From positions 1 through 64,000 of the forward strand of contig JAXLNO010000357.1 in NCBI GenBank assembly GCA_038087875.1: DNA of 64,000 nt, given 5' to 3'. This document shows, piece after piece, positions 38,553 to 50,954 of the stretch; position 1 is the first letter of the stretch, and every line of letters begins with the position of its first letter. This DNA comes from Malacoraja senta. Taxonomy: Eukaryota. Below the pieces are notes generated by a model. It was not told where the DNA came from and searched no databases. It worked only from the letters and a program-made list of their open reading frames with translations. The position numbers and the translations under genes were made by a program.

Positions 38553-39315
38553 AAATAAACCTAGAACATTTCCTCTCCTTCAGTGTACTGATGTTTGTGA
38601 ATCACAACTACTAGCCTCTGATGGCGAGTGCCATGTTTCTTGAAAGTTCTTTCATGCTGAAGAAATTCACACTCCTATACATTTCTAGTTGCTTTGAGGG
38701 GTGGGATGGATCCCGAGTGACCATGGTTGCTCGCTACCTTCCTTAATGCCTACAATTACTCTATATTACAGCAGATGACTGCAGATGCAATTAGGTCCAC
38801 CAAACCTATAGGATTAAGATGCAAAAATGACAAAGATCTGCTGAAGATGAGATTTGCTTCCTGCCTCAGTCCAGGTGCACTTTGCGGTTATTACCGAAGT
38901 AATGTGGAGACACGTGCGGTGCAGTGCACAAGCTAATCAGTCTAAACTAGAAGATGGTGTCAGAACAAGGAGGCCTGTGGTTTGGAGAGCAGCAAAATAA
39001 CAAGAGGAAAAGGTGCAAAGCAACTAAGGAGTTTCCCTGCTCAGCATCCACAGCCCCCACCTGAGAACTCCTAAGGAGTGACAAAATCATATTTCTCAAC
39101 CCAAGCCAGCAATTCTCTTCACAGGCTAATTGTTACTACCATGAATGAATGAATCCTTGATCTAAGCACTGAGAGGGTCTGCTCCAACATCCAGCTTTTC
39201 TGATGAGTTACACATTAGTTAAAGAACTCAGACGTCTATGTAAAATCTAGTTACATTTGTGGATTTTCACTCTACCAGCGTAAACAGTGGTATGAAGATC
39301 ATCGCGTTGTGATCA

Positions 39316-39554
39316 GAGTGTGAAGGAAGGAAATGCAGATGCTGGTTTAAATCAAAGATAGACACAAAATGCTGGAGGAACTCTGCGGGACATGCAACAT
39401 CTCTGGAGAGAAGGAATGGGTGACGTTTCGGGTCGAGAGCCTTCTTCAGAATGAGACTCAGTCTGAAGAAGGTTCTCTACCCGAAACGTCACCCATTCCT
39501 ACTCTCCAGAGATGCTGCCTGTCACGCTGAGTCACTCCAACTTTTGGTGTCCAT
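39316..39554. mobile_element. Inverted Penelope-derived mini-element with hammerhead cores on both strands
   Basis: Cores 39422-39449 (-) and 39463-39490 (+); 15 bp TSD atcgcgttgtgatca / atcccgttgtgatca (39301-39315, 39555-39569). Confidence 0.88.
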
Positions 39555-40196
39555 ATCCCGTTGTGATCATCCTGTTGTGAGGATCTATTTTTTTGTGTTG
39601 TTTTTTGTTGTGGAGTTGTATTATTTCATTGTTGTATTGCATGGAGGCACCACTCCTGGCGGGGAGTACTGTCGGGAATTCCTGCTTGGGGCTTATAACA
39701 GTGGGCCTGGTGAGACCCCCTGCCCCACCTCTCCATCCCCACCTTTCCACCCCCATTCCGCACCTCCCGTGTATTTTGTTGACCATTCACTTGTTCCTTT
39801 CAATTAATCTGGGACTCTACTCCTCTGCTCTACAACATATTTCCCATGGATGACAGCTGAGGTCTATATGGAGAGTGTACCTTTAAGGATTGACCTCCTT
39901 ATCTAATGCTGTGCAGCCAGGTATTGACAGCCTAATGAAGTGAGTGTGGTTTCATTGCATAAGTCCCATTTTAATGGGGGAGGGGGTTATTGTAAACTAC
40001 CCAACACTTCTTCAAAATTGGATTATGGTTAATTGCTTCTTTTTTTGGGGGGGGGGGGGGGTTAATATGGCATGAAGCAACAAACTAAAATGGTACCAGC
40101 CAAACTCTCAGCTATTGTATGTGTTTCCTCTGAGGATACAGTGTACACTTCTGCCATGCCCAATCGTGTAGCGGCAGCAACTTTGTACTCAGTGAA

Positions 40197-40291
40197 GATG
40201 GACACAAAAAGCTGGAGTAACTCAGCAGGTCAGGCAGCATCCCTGGAGAAAAGGAATAGGTGACGTTTCGGGTCGAGGCCGTTCTTCAGAT
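40197..40291 (-). mobile_element. Penelope-derived mini-insertion with hammerhead core
   Basis: Minus strand CTGAAGA...CCCGAAACGTC at 40289-40262; flanking tcagtgaa repeat. Confidence 0.8.
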
Positions 40292-40477
40292 TCAGTGAAT
40301 CTGTATAATTAAGCACATGCACAACAACTAAGATTTGCAGGACCCAAGAAAGAAGTTTGTAAGGCACATTTACCAACACTGCAATTACATTTATATATAA
40401 TGTAACAGTATTTTTTTAACTACATGGATTGATGGACCAATTGCAGCTTATACCATAATTTACCTTCATACTTCAGG

Positions 40478-40706
40478 ATGGTGAATCTGTGGAGATCTTT
40501 GCCACAGAAGGCTGTGGAGGCAAAGTCAGTGGATATATTTAAGGCAGAGATAGATAGATTCTTGATTAGAACGGGTGTCAGAGGTTATGGGGAGAAGGCA
40601 GGAGAATGGGGTTAGGAGGAGAGCTAGATCAGCCATGATTGAATGGTGGAGTAGACGTCATGCGCCGAATGGCCTAATTCTGCTCTTATCACTTATGAAG
40701 TTATGA
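40478..40706 (+). mobile_element. CR1 3' end
   Basis: ggtgaatctgtgg...AEIDRFL-coding region and 3' UTR. Confidence 0.9.
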
Positions 40707-41247
40707 CCTACATTGAAAAAGCAATTTCTATCTGCATGCACTGATGCATCAATACTGGTTTTATTGCAATAGGCAGAGAGCGAACTTAATCAATGAGCAA
40801 GAATATCATCCCTCCAAATTATTCCCGTTTGTTCACCGCCCATTGACTGACATCAGAACATAATATCTTAACATTCGACAGTCATCCACCCAAGGCTTTT
40901 ACGTTTTCGGTATGTACATGCAGCTTTCAAATTCCAATAAAAGATCTATTTTCAAAAAGAACACATACTTTGATATTGCCTGCATCAAGTATGATAATAA
41001 TCAAACCAGAGGCTTTCAGAAAATTGGGCATGATAGGTTTTAACACATAATTTATTCAAAATGTTATTTGTAACTAGGTTTCACTAAATTCTCAAATGTC
41101 TCTAAAGATAATTTGAAATTAAACTGTTTTGAATTTCAACCTCTGGCAGCTGATATTTTGAACAGTAATTATATTTGGAAAAACATTTTAAAAATCTACT
41201 GAAACTGCCTGTAACCATAAACTATCTTGCCAAGATTTATAACCATA

Positions 41248-42570
41248 CTAGACCAAGGGGGACCTGTTGTGTCCCATCCCCTCAATGCTCGGTTGGGGGG
41301 GGGGGGGGGAGTAGCCTTCGGCGTCACACACACTAACCACCCCCCCCCCCTTGATATTATATTAATATTATTAATTTGCTCCTATTACCCCATCCCCCGC
41401 CCTATCCACCAACATAACCCACATAACCCCCAACTGCACAGACACGGCTAGAGAGGGGGGGGGGGGTTGGAGAGGGAGGGGGGTCGAGATTGAGGGGTGG
41501 GGGGGTGGCGTCACAGGGGAGGGCTGTTTCCCAGAACGCAATACTCCACCACTCACCCATAGGTCCCAATATTCACCACTCCCTAGAGAGGGAGGGGGGG
41601 GGAAGAGAGGAGGGGGGGCAGAGAGGGGGGGGGGCAGAGAGGGAGGTGGAGCAGAAAGGGGGGGCAGAGAGGAAGGGCCCCTCCGCCCCTCTCCTCACAT
41701 CTCCTTCCCCTCTCCACCCTCTCCATCCCCCCCTCCAACCCCCCTCTCCTCCCCCCTCTCCTTCCCCCCCCCTCACTCCTCCCCCCTTCTCTCTCTCTTT
41801 CTCTGCCCCGGGGAGGGGGTAGAGAGTGAGAGGGAGGGGATAGATGCAGCACCTACCCAGGACATAGAGCAGAAGCATCCCCATGAGGCACCGGGCCCAA
41901 GCTAGGCTGCTGCCGGCGTGGACCAGAGCAATGCCCGGAATGATCTGAGGATGGAGAAAAGCAGCAGAGGGCCGGCCGATCGTGACTTCCGCGAGGGTAA
42001 GCACACCCACCAGCGTGAGACACGATCGGGCTGAGGAGACGGAGAGGAGGTTGTCCACTGTGACGGCCACCATGGCCACTTTTCAAATGCGCTTGTCCGC
42101 GCCCACGCTACGATAACGTCCGCCGCCGCCATGTTGTAGAACTTGAAGGAGCCCAGCGGAGCGAGCAGCATGACTTGATCATGTGTTCAACGGCTTCAAT
42201 CCAGAGCCCGGTTGGGGGGGGGGGGGTGGGAGGGCAGCTGGGCCATGTAACTCGCAGCTTGTGGCCGCGTGTTGAAAACTCTGCACAACTTGCCGTGAGG
42301 AGCAAAGGCATTGTGATGTCATCCAGCTCGCTTCAGCACATTAGATTTTTAAAAGATGTCAGATTGGTGAACAATTTTAGTAAAAAACTCGGGAAATAAT
42401 GAATCAAATTTTGAGATGAGGGGATTTTTGAAGTCATGAAGTAAATCTCTACCGGAATATGTAAAAAGTTCACCGTTACCACGTCGGGTTTTTGAGGAGT
42501 TGTGAATCAAAGAAAAAGTTCAAGCAAGCTTCCCCACAAGTAAACATACAAGATCAGAGTTTTAAATTAT
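41248..42570 (-). mobile_element. Non-autonomous Helitron with GC-rich cargo
   Basis: CTAG at 41248-41251 next to host A/T; gggac...gtccc subterminal hairpin; far end caagatcagagttttaaattata resembles 14386-14411. Confidence 0.75.
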
Positions 42571-42571
42571 A

Positions 42572-43125
42572 CTAGACCAAGTGCAGACCTGTTGGGTCTG
42601 CTCCCCCAACGTGCGGTTGCGGGGAGGGGGGGCAGCATGCGGCGTCACACACACTAACTACCCCCCCCTGCACACGCTAACTACCCCCTTGATATTATAT
42701 GAATATTATTAATTTGCTCCTTTTACCCCATAATGGCCCCATCCACTGACGCATAGCCCCCAACTCGCAGGTGCTTCTAGAGAGAGGGGGGGGGTAGAGA
42801 GTGATGGCAGAAAGAGAAGAGGCAGAGACAGAGAGAGAGGGGCAGAGACAGAGAGAGGGGCAAGAAAGAGGGAGAGGGGGTGGAGGGGAGGAGAGGCAGG
42901 GTGGGGGAGAGGTGGGGGGAAGGGAGGGGGAGAGGTGGGGGGAAGGGAGGGGGAGAGGTGGGGGGAAGGGAGGGTGAGAGGTGGGGGAAGTGAGGGGGGA
43001 GGGGGAGGGGGGAGGGGGAGGGGGTGAGAGGGGGGAGGGGGTGAGAGGGGGGAGGGTGAGAGGGGGAGGGGTGAGAGGGGGAGGGGTGAGAGGGGGGAGG
43101 GGGTGAGAGGGGGAGGGGTGAGAGG
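42572..43125 (-). mobile_element. Second related Helitron 3' part with G-rich low-complexity tract
   Basis: CTAG 42572-42575; perfect gcagacc/ggtctgc hairpin; first about 200 bp similar to 41248-41450. Confidence 0.75.
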
Positions 43126-43144
43126 TTTGGTTTGATCCTGAACC

Positions 43145-43412
43145 GAGCTAAAGACCGAGCTAAAGACCCAGGTTCGATCCTGACTACGGGTGCTTGTCTG
43201 TATGGAGTTTGCACATTCTCCCCATGACCTGCATGGGTTTGCTCCGAGATTTTCAGTTTCTTCCACACTCCAAAGATGTACAAATCTGCAGGTTAATGGG
43301 CTTGTTATTAATGCAAAATTGGCCCTCGTGTGTGTAGGGTAGAATTAATGTGCGGGGATCGCTGGTTGGTGCAGACTCGGTGGGCCAAAGGGCCTGTTTC
43401 CATGCTGTATCT
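43145..43412 (+). mobile_element. V-SINE lacking its 5' end
   Basis: ggttcgatcctgactacgggtgc through gggccaaagggcctgtttccatgctgtatctc. Confidence 0.88.
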
Positions 43413-43866
43413 CTTTTTTTTTTAAAGAGACTGAAACAGTGAAGGCATGATTGCCCTTATTGGCTGAAAGCTGTGGTATTACAAGCGACTCGAATCAGAG
43501 GGATATAAATGTTTTTTCAGGCCTTACGAAGATTGAGACTTCAGATGAGGGATGTGGAACGGGGAGAAAGACCAAGATCATTAAACATGAGAATTCAAGG
43601 CACAGCATGAACCGGAACCAATGAATCAGGCATGTTGCTGAGCAGATCTCTGTGTGAGATGCCGGAGGATGCCAAGAATTAATTAAATGTTCTGTCAGCC
43701 TAAAGATGATTATGGAACCTTGAAGAGTAAAGGGAGATTGGACATAAAGATTCCAAAGACTTTGGAGCAGAGGGTGGGTTTTAAGGAGGTCAGTATGAGT
43801 GATACTTGAAGAGCAGCAACAGTACACAATGTTAGCCCATGTGGAAACCACTAATGTTGGATCATC

Positions 43867-43946
43867 AGCAGTTTAATGGAAAACAAGTCAGTGGAGGAAG
43901 AATTTAAAAGTTCTTCCTCCACTGACTTGTTTTCCATTAAACTGCT
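43867..43946. repeat. Perfect 36 bp inverted repeat with 8 nt spacer
   Basis: agcagtttaatggaaaacaagtcagtggaggaagaa - tttaaaag - exact reverse complement. Confidence 0.97.
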
Positions 43947-44077
43947 TTGCTTTCAACTTGTAGTGCAGATCCACTAGTGAGCCCGTTTTAAATAGAGAAT
44001 ACGAATTTATTTTCTTGTATCCCCATTCTATTGCAAGCATTTATTTTTACAATATCGAACCACACATTTATTCCATC

Positions 44078-45511
44078 ACCAGGAAGCGAGCGGGCAAGAT
44101 CATCTCTGACCCTTCTCACCCTGGCCACAAACTCTTTGAATCACTTCCCTCTGGAAGGCGACTCCGGATTGTCAAAGCTGCCACAGCTAGACATAAAAAC
44201 AGTTTTTTATCCACGAGTAGTTGCTCTACTCAACAGCCAAAAATCTGTAGCCTCCCTTTGATCTGGTATTTTATTGGTTCAAGTCAAGTCAAGTGAGTTT
44301 ATTGTCATGTGTCCCTGGTAGGACAATGAAATTCTTGCTTTGCTTGAGCACAACAGAACATAGTAGGCATTTATTACAACGCATTCTATAAATATATATA
44401 CAATGGTCAATATACTGATAAAGTGCAAATAACAGTATTGGCTAGTAAAGTTCAGTGTTATGTCCGAGCCAGGTTTAATAGCCTGATGGCTGTGGGGAAG
44501 TAGCTGTTCCTGAACCTGGTCGTTGCAGTCTTCAGGCTCCTGTACCTTCTACCTGAAGGTAGTAGGGAGATGAGTGTGTGGCCAGGATGGTGTGGGTCCT
44601 TGATGATGCTGCCAGCCTTTTTGAGGCAGCGACTGTGGTAGATCCCCTCGATGGAAGGGAGGTCAGAGCCGATGATGGACTGGGCAGTGTTTACTACTTT
44701 TTGTAGTCTTTTCCTCTCCAGGGCACTCAAGTTGCCGAACCAAGCCACGATGCAACCGGTCAGCATGCTCTCTACTGTGCACCTGTAGATGTTAGAGAGA
44801 GTCCTCCTTGACAAACCGACTCTCCGTAATCTTCTCAGGAAGTAGAGGCGCTGATGTGCTTTCTTAATAATGGCATCATTGTTCTCGGACCAGGAACGAT
44901 TTTCAGAGATGTGCACGCCCAGGAATTTGAAGCTCTTGACCCTTTCAACCATCGACCCGTTGATATAAACGGGACTGTGGGTCCCCATCCTACTCCTTCC
45001 AAAGTCCACAATCAGTTATTTGGTTTTGCTGGTGTTGAGGGCCAGGTTGTTGTGCTGGCACCATATGGACAGTTGCTCGATCTCTCTTCTATACTCTGAC
45101 TCATCCCCATCAGTGATACGTCCCACAACAGTGGTGTCATCAGCGAACTTGATGATGGAGCTCGCACTATGTCCGGCTACGCAGTCATGAGTATAGAGTG
45201 AGTACAGCAGGGGACTGAGCACGCAGCCTTGAGGTGCTCCCGTGCTAATTGTTATCGAGTCTGACACATTTCCACCAATACGAACAGACCGTGGTCTGAG
45301 AGTGAGGAAGTCGAGGATCCAATGCTTGATCAATGGTGTTTTAATTGGTGTCAATTGTGTAATAAACTTTTCATTAATGTTTTATTATTATTAATGTTTA
45401 GTGTTTTCTGAGTCATTCGTAACTGTCACTGTATGTCATGTTGTTACTTGTGGGTGGAGCATCAAGGCAAATTCCTTGTATGTGAATACTTGGCCAATAA
45501 ACTTACTTACT
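44078..45511 (+). mobile_element. Rex1 3' end split by a second Rex1 (pieces 44078-44279 and 45324-45511)
   Basis: RKRAGKIISDPSHPGHKLFESLPSGRR; UTR resumes after 45323, ending aataaacttacttac. Confidence 0.8.
44280..45323 (-). mobile_element. Young Rex1/Babar LINE, 5'-truncated RT
   Basis: [13 protein letters not shown]...KFADD through IRLLN in one frame with a single TAA at 45016-45018; (acttg)n tail. Confidence 0.95.
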
Positions 45512-47901
45512 GTAAATGTCTACATCCTACCTTAATGACATCACCTGTCTTTCCTCCCGTGGTTCATCTGCTGCTGAAACACTCTTGCATGATTTCATTA
45601 TCTCAAACTTAACTATGTCAATACATTTCTATCAACCATCCTCTTTGATTCTTCATAAAATTGGGGTTTTCCAATTTTCTTCCATATCCCAAATATGTGT
45701 TACTATCAAGCTTTTGCTTGATTTTCCATGAAATCAATAGTTCGGTTTTGATATCATTATTTTCATGTCTTTCCATGGTTTTCGCTCTCAATTTCTATAA
45801 TTTCCTCCCATCTTTTAGTCCTCAGAGATAAATGCTCTCTTCAATTTCTGAGCTCTTGGCCATTCACTATTTCAATTCTTCCATCATTGGGCAGCTATGC
45901 CTTAATGTGGCTTCAGTTACAGTTTGGCAATGATAATGTTTGGGAAAGTTATTGTAACTTATAACAAACCACACATCTCCCTCAAATTACATTCAGCAGG
46001 AGAATACGTGCATTAAACAACAGCACAATCATTTCTCTTGTCATTAAAAAAAACACTCCCTATGCTATGTGATTGTTCTAAAAATTGAAGTATATTGTTG
46101 AGGCAAAACAAACCGCTGAAAAACTTTCATTCATTTGATAGCACAAGCTACACATTTGTATTAAAATTGTCTTAAAACATGCTGATTTTATTCAATCTGG
46201 TGGTGTACAGCTTTAATATGTTCACTAAACAGTTTTTGGCAGGATATACTTTAAAATAATTACTACAAGTAAATATAGTAGATGCTGTTACAAAACCACA
46301 TCATTTCATGTATCATAAAAATATGTTGAATCCATATTCCAGAGATTATATGTTGAATACATCTCTAGGTAATAACGTAAGTATAGGAATATAAATGAAA
46401 TGATTTTTGCATTAAATCTGGCCCCGTTAGCTCTCTTCTCCAACGGCTTCAGTACAAAGCTTGAAACACAATTTTACTTCAAGGATATGAGATGGGATTT
46501 TGTGGAGCTTATGAGTGCATATACTGATTTCCACAGATGTTTGGAATGTGTAATGTGCTATTTGCAATATGCACATGCAGAGTATTTGCTCCTTCAATGC
46601 TTTCACTTTTTAGTTTTCATACAACTAACTGTTGCTAATATCATCAGTGTTTGGAGACAGAAAGTTTCAGAATGTGATTGTTGGAAAGAAAACAACTTAA
46701 GCTTCCTCCTGGCCCTGTGAACTATCTCATGAATCAGGTGCATTGGTTGCTATTTAGCCAAATAATGGAGATACTGAGACAGTTTCTCAAACAGAAACCC
46801 ATAATATTCTGAAGGAAGAAATGTGAAGAGGTGGCAGGAGGGAATGCAAGACCTTAGGCCCTTCATTGTTTTGAGTACTAGCCACCATATGAAGGGATGT
46901 GGGGTTAATGCAGGCGATGTTGTGACACACAATCAGCCATGATCTTGATTGAATGATGAAGCCTGATAGCCCACTGCTGATTTTGTTTGTGTTGTTATTA
47001 TGTTCAGCACTGGGGAAATATTAAATCAGAAAATAGTCAGGAAATCCAATGTGAGATGAATAGATATCCCAGAGGATTATAGGACTGGAGGAAATTATTG
47101 GATGAGACAATAGACAGGATTAAAAAAAAAGATGAGAATCTTGAAATTGAGACATGGCTTAAATAGGATCCTGTGTTAGTCAGAGAACAAATACCAAATC
47201 TGCGGGTCCCAAAACGGCGGCATGGTGGCCTGTGAAGTAAAAATGGTAGCTCTGGAGTAAAAAAAGTTTTAAGAGGGTTAACAACTGCCTTCAGAGCACA
47301 GATACTTCTTCCTATCGTAATGAATTGCAACTTGATTTTAAATTCTTGAAATTAGTTTCAGCCCATTTGAAGGCAGTATGCATGCTAATTAGTCCATTGT
47401 AAAATGCAGGTTTATGGTGATAATGCTTCGAAAATTAATTTCAGATTCTGAATGGAAGTTAATTTAATTTGTTAGATTGTTAGAACATGATACGAGTCTC
47501 TCTTCATAACATTTAAAGGAAATGCATTGAAATTATGTCATGAATGGAATAAAACAATCTTTCATCCATTAATAAAAGCACAAACTAGGATTTTCATCTT
47601 TAAACGATTGAAGCCAAGCAGAAGAAATAGAATGACTGAAATGATAAAATGCGTTGAAAATTAACTTACCATTTGCAGTAAATGTGCTGTTTTAGCCTTT
47701 GTGGGCCAAGCCGAATTCTGACATCATGGCATCACGAAAGAGGATGAATTTCCTTTTATAGATATATTACACAAAAGTGGCATCCAGGTAGAGTTTGATT
47801 TTGTGCAATGGGCAAGGGTGAAACAGCTACTTGCCTTCTGTCTTCCCTCTTCCCACTTCAATGGAATGTAGAATAGTGATATATCTGGCTGCCAATTCCC
47901 T

Positions 47902-47999
47902 AGGTAGACACAAATTGCTGGAGTAACTCAGCGGGGACAGGCGCCATCTCTGGAGAGAAAGAAAGGGTGATGTTTCAGGTCAAGACCCTTCTTCAGACT
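47902..47999 (-). mobile_element. Penelope-derived mini-insertion
   Basis: gacacaaattgctggagtaactcagc...gacccttcttcagac. Confidence 0.8.
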
Positions 48000-49112
48000 T
48001 CCCATTCAATACAAGTCAAAGTCTGCTCCGTGTATCCCATTATAGAATATTGGATGCAATTGGACCATAAGCCAGATACCACATCCCAGAGACCTAACAT
48101 TAAATCACACCATGGCAGCTCTTGTATAAAGTATTTGAATGAATCTGCAAGAGGCTGTAATGGTGAAAGAGAGGATTGTTATGAAAGCCCCTTCTGCTTC
48201 ATTTATAGAAGGAAAATTGCTGCCTTTCTCCAACCTAGCCGCTAATATACCTGTAGATCAGACTGTTCTCTGATATGTAACAACCTTTTGAAAAGGTCTG
48301 GCAGAAGCTCCAGTGTGGATGAAAATTAGAAATGGTCCACAGACTGAGCCTTTTCAAAGATACGCACACCCAGTGAACAAATAAAAAGGGAAAATAACTG
48401 CTATTGTTCCTCAAATCAATCACTAGCCAGGGAATAAACAAGTGCTTGAATATTGTTTCCATGGTTGAAGACTGCTGATCTGTTTGAGTGCATTCGTATA
48501 GAATCAAAAACACTAATCTCCGGAGAAATAATAAGTCAGAAAGTGCCCCTGTATTGCATCTTCATTCCAAGGACAACACCATTTTGTAAATCATGTAATG
48601 TTAGTACTCACTTGCGTGTATATTATTTTTGAGTCTATATATTTTAGAGATTAGCTAATCATTAAAGTAAACAAACAGCTTTCTGAACCATCCAGTGAGT
48701 TGAACATCTGGTATGTGCATAAGCAGGAAAGATTAGCATTTAGACAGAGTTGTGTATTTCCATTGATGGTTTTTCAGAGGGGAAAAGGTAATAACAACAG
48801 CATCTTATTCATCATTCTCTCAGATCTTTACAAATATCTCAAAGATATTGCTAGTTAAAAACAAAAATCAGTTTTAATTTCTAAACCCTGAATACAGCCG
48901 AAATGAGGCATGATGACATTGAGGCCCGTGGCATTCAGACAGGGCTAGATAGAAGGGGAATTGCATGCGCATACACAGGTACTTCACAGCATGTATGCAC
49001 ACACATACACAGGTAAGTGGGCACTGTACGCATGGGTGGAATTTACCATTGACATTTGCCCAATGATCCCTTCCAAGGTTTTTCACAATAACTGTGTAAC
49101 TACAATACATTC

Positions 49113-49315
49113 CAGGCCCGTACGAAGCTTTCCAAAAAGGGGGGTGGCATGACAGGATTACAAAAAATGTAATGTGAAATAGTGTGTGCGCTGCGCACAT
49201 CACGAGCGGGAAGCGTGAAGTCCCTCGATGCCAGGGTTTGGGGTTTTAGATGCATTCTGGGCCTTATTTTGGAGCATTTTTGCACCATATTTATGACCAA
49301 TATTTCAGAAATTAA
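49113..49315 (+). mobile_element. Left end of a TIR DNA transposon (CAGG-type terminus)
   Basis: caggcccgtacgaag followed by a G-run; resembles reverse complement of 55658-55672. Confidence 0.5.
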
Positions 49316-49563
49316 CAGGCATCTGAGAGGTAGCTTTTTCACACAAAGGGTGCTGGGTGTATGGAACGAGCTGCCAGAGGAGGTAGTTAAGGCTGGGACT
49401 ATCCTAATGTTTAAGAGACATTTGGACACGTACATGGATAGGACAGATTTAGATGGATATGGGCCAAATGCGTGTGAGTGGGACTAGTTTAGATGGGACA
49501 TGTTGGTCGGTGTGGGCAAGTTGGGCTGAAGGGCCTGTTTCCACACTGCATCATTTTATGACT
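49316..49563 (+). mobile_element. CR1 3' end
   Basis: LRGSFFTQRVLGVWNELP; gggctgaagggcctgtttcc tail. Confidence 0.9.
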
Positions 49564-49707
49564 AAAAAGTTAAGAAGAAAAATGCATGTAGATAAGTAGA
49601 GCAGATTTGAAAGAGGAGTGAAATGTAAAGGCAGAGAGAGGTTCATGGGTGGAAAGGAACATAGGAAAGGAGGGGGGAGAGTGGGCTTGGGCAGATGGGT
49701 CATGGGA

Positions 49708-49867
49708 AATAGACACAAAGTGCTGGAGTAACTCAGTGGGTCAGGCAGCATCTGCGGAGAATATGAATAGGCGACGTTTCACAGAGTGCTGGAGTAACTC
49801 AGTGAGTCAGGCAGCATCTCTGGAGAAAAGGTATAGATTATATTTCGGGACAAGACCGTTCTTCAGT
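49708..49867 (-). mobile_element. Partial tandem Penelope-derived repeats
   Basis: agtgctggagtaactcagtg..tcaggcagcatct twice, about 66 bp apart. Confidence 0.8.
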
Positions 49868-50049
49868 AATATTCATGATGTGACATGCATAGACATTCCT
49901 GAATGTTACCCAAACCATCGTGAGCTACTTTGTTACGGTGCTTGCCCTCTCCTATAACGTCTCTGCTGCCTTGGGTGATGCAGGACAGGACACAAGCTTT
50001 GGGACACAGTGTGAAGCTGTTGCCATCTGTCCCAGCCTGGTAAAAACCT

Positions 50050-50325
50050 GGATGGAGTGGATGTGGAGAGGATGTTACCACTAGTGGGAGAGTCTAGGAC
50101 CAGTGGCCACAGCCTCGGAATTAAAAGACATTCCTTTAGGAAGGAGATGAGCAGGAATTTCTTAAGTCAGAGGGTGGTGAACTGTGGAATTCATTGCCAC
50201 AGACAGCTGTGGAGGTCAAGTCAATGGACATTTTTCAGGAGGAGATTGATAGATTCTGGATTGATACGGGTGTCAGAGGTAATGGGGAGAAGGCAGGAGA
50301 ATGGGTTTGAGAGGGAAAGATAGAT
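50050..50325 (+). mobile_element. CR1 fragment
   Basis: DVERMLPLVGESRTSGHSL. Confidence 0.9.
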
Positions 50326-50897
50326 AGTCATAGAGTGATACAGTGTGGAAACAGGCCCTTCGGCCCAGCATGTCCCATCTGCACTAGTCCCACCTGCCCA
50401 CGTTTGATCCATATCCCTCCGAACCTGTCCTATCCATGTACCTGTCTAACTGTTTCTTATATGTTGCGATAGTCCCCGCCTCAACTACCTCCTCTGGCAG
50501 CTTGTTCCATACACCTACCACCCTTTGTGTGAAAAACATACCCCTCAGATTCCTATTAAATCTTTTGCCCTTCACCTTAAACTTGTGTCCTCTGCTCCTC
50601 GATTCACCTACTCTGGGCAAAAGACAACCATATCTATTCAAATCATGATTTTATACACCTCTATTAGATCATCCCTCATCCTCCTGTGCTCCATGAAATA
50701 GAGTCCCAGCCTACTCAACCTCTCCCTATAGCTCTGGCCCTCTAGTCCTGGCAACATCCTCATAAATCTTCACTGTACCCTTTCCAGTTTGATGACATCT
50801 TTCCTATAACATGGTGCACAGAACTGAATACAATACTCTGAATGCGGCCTCACCACCTTCTTATGCAACTGCAACATGACCTCCCAACCTCTATACT
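50326..50897 (-). mobile_element. CR1 3' end
   Basis: RGMFFTQRVVGVWNKLP; VRPHSEYCIQF. Confidence 0.92.
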
Positions 50898-50954
50898 CAG
50901 CCTGACCCGCTGAGTTACTCCAGCACTCTGAAACGTCACAGAACAGGGCAAGAT

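Noticed and set aside
42709..43283. Proline-rich ORFs here and at 2958-3281, 41490-41852 and 54748-55322
   Set aside because: Products of G/C low-complexity or minisatellite DNA that lacks stop codons
47670..47752. Minus-strand exon with strong gtaagt donor
   Set aside because: Stops in all three frames and a weak acceptor; a non-coding exon cannot be excluded
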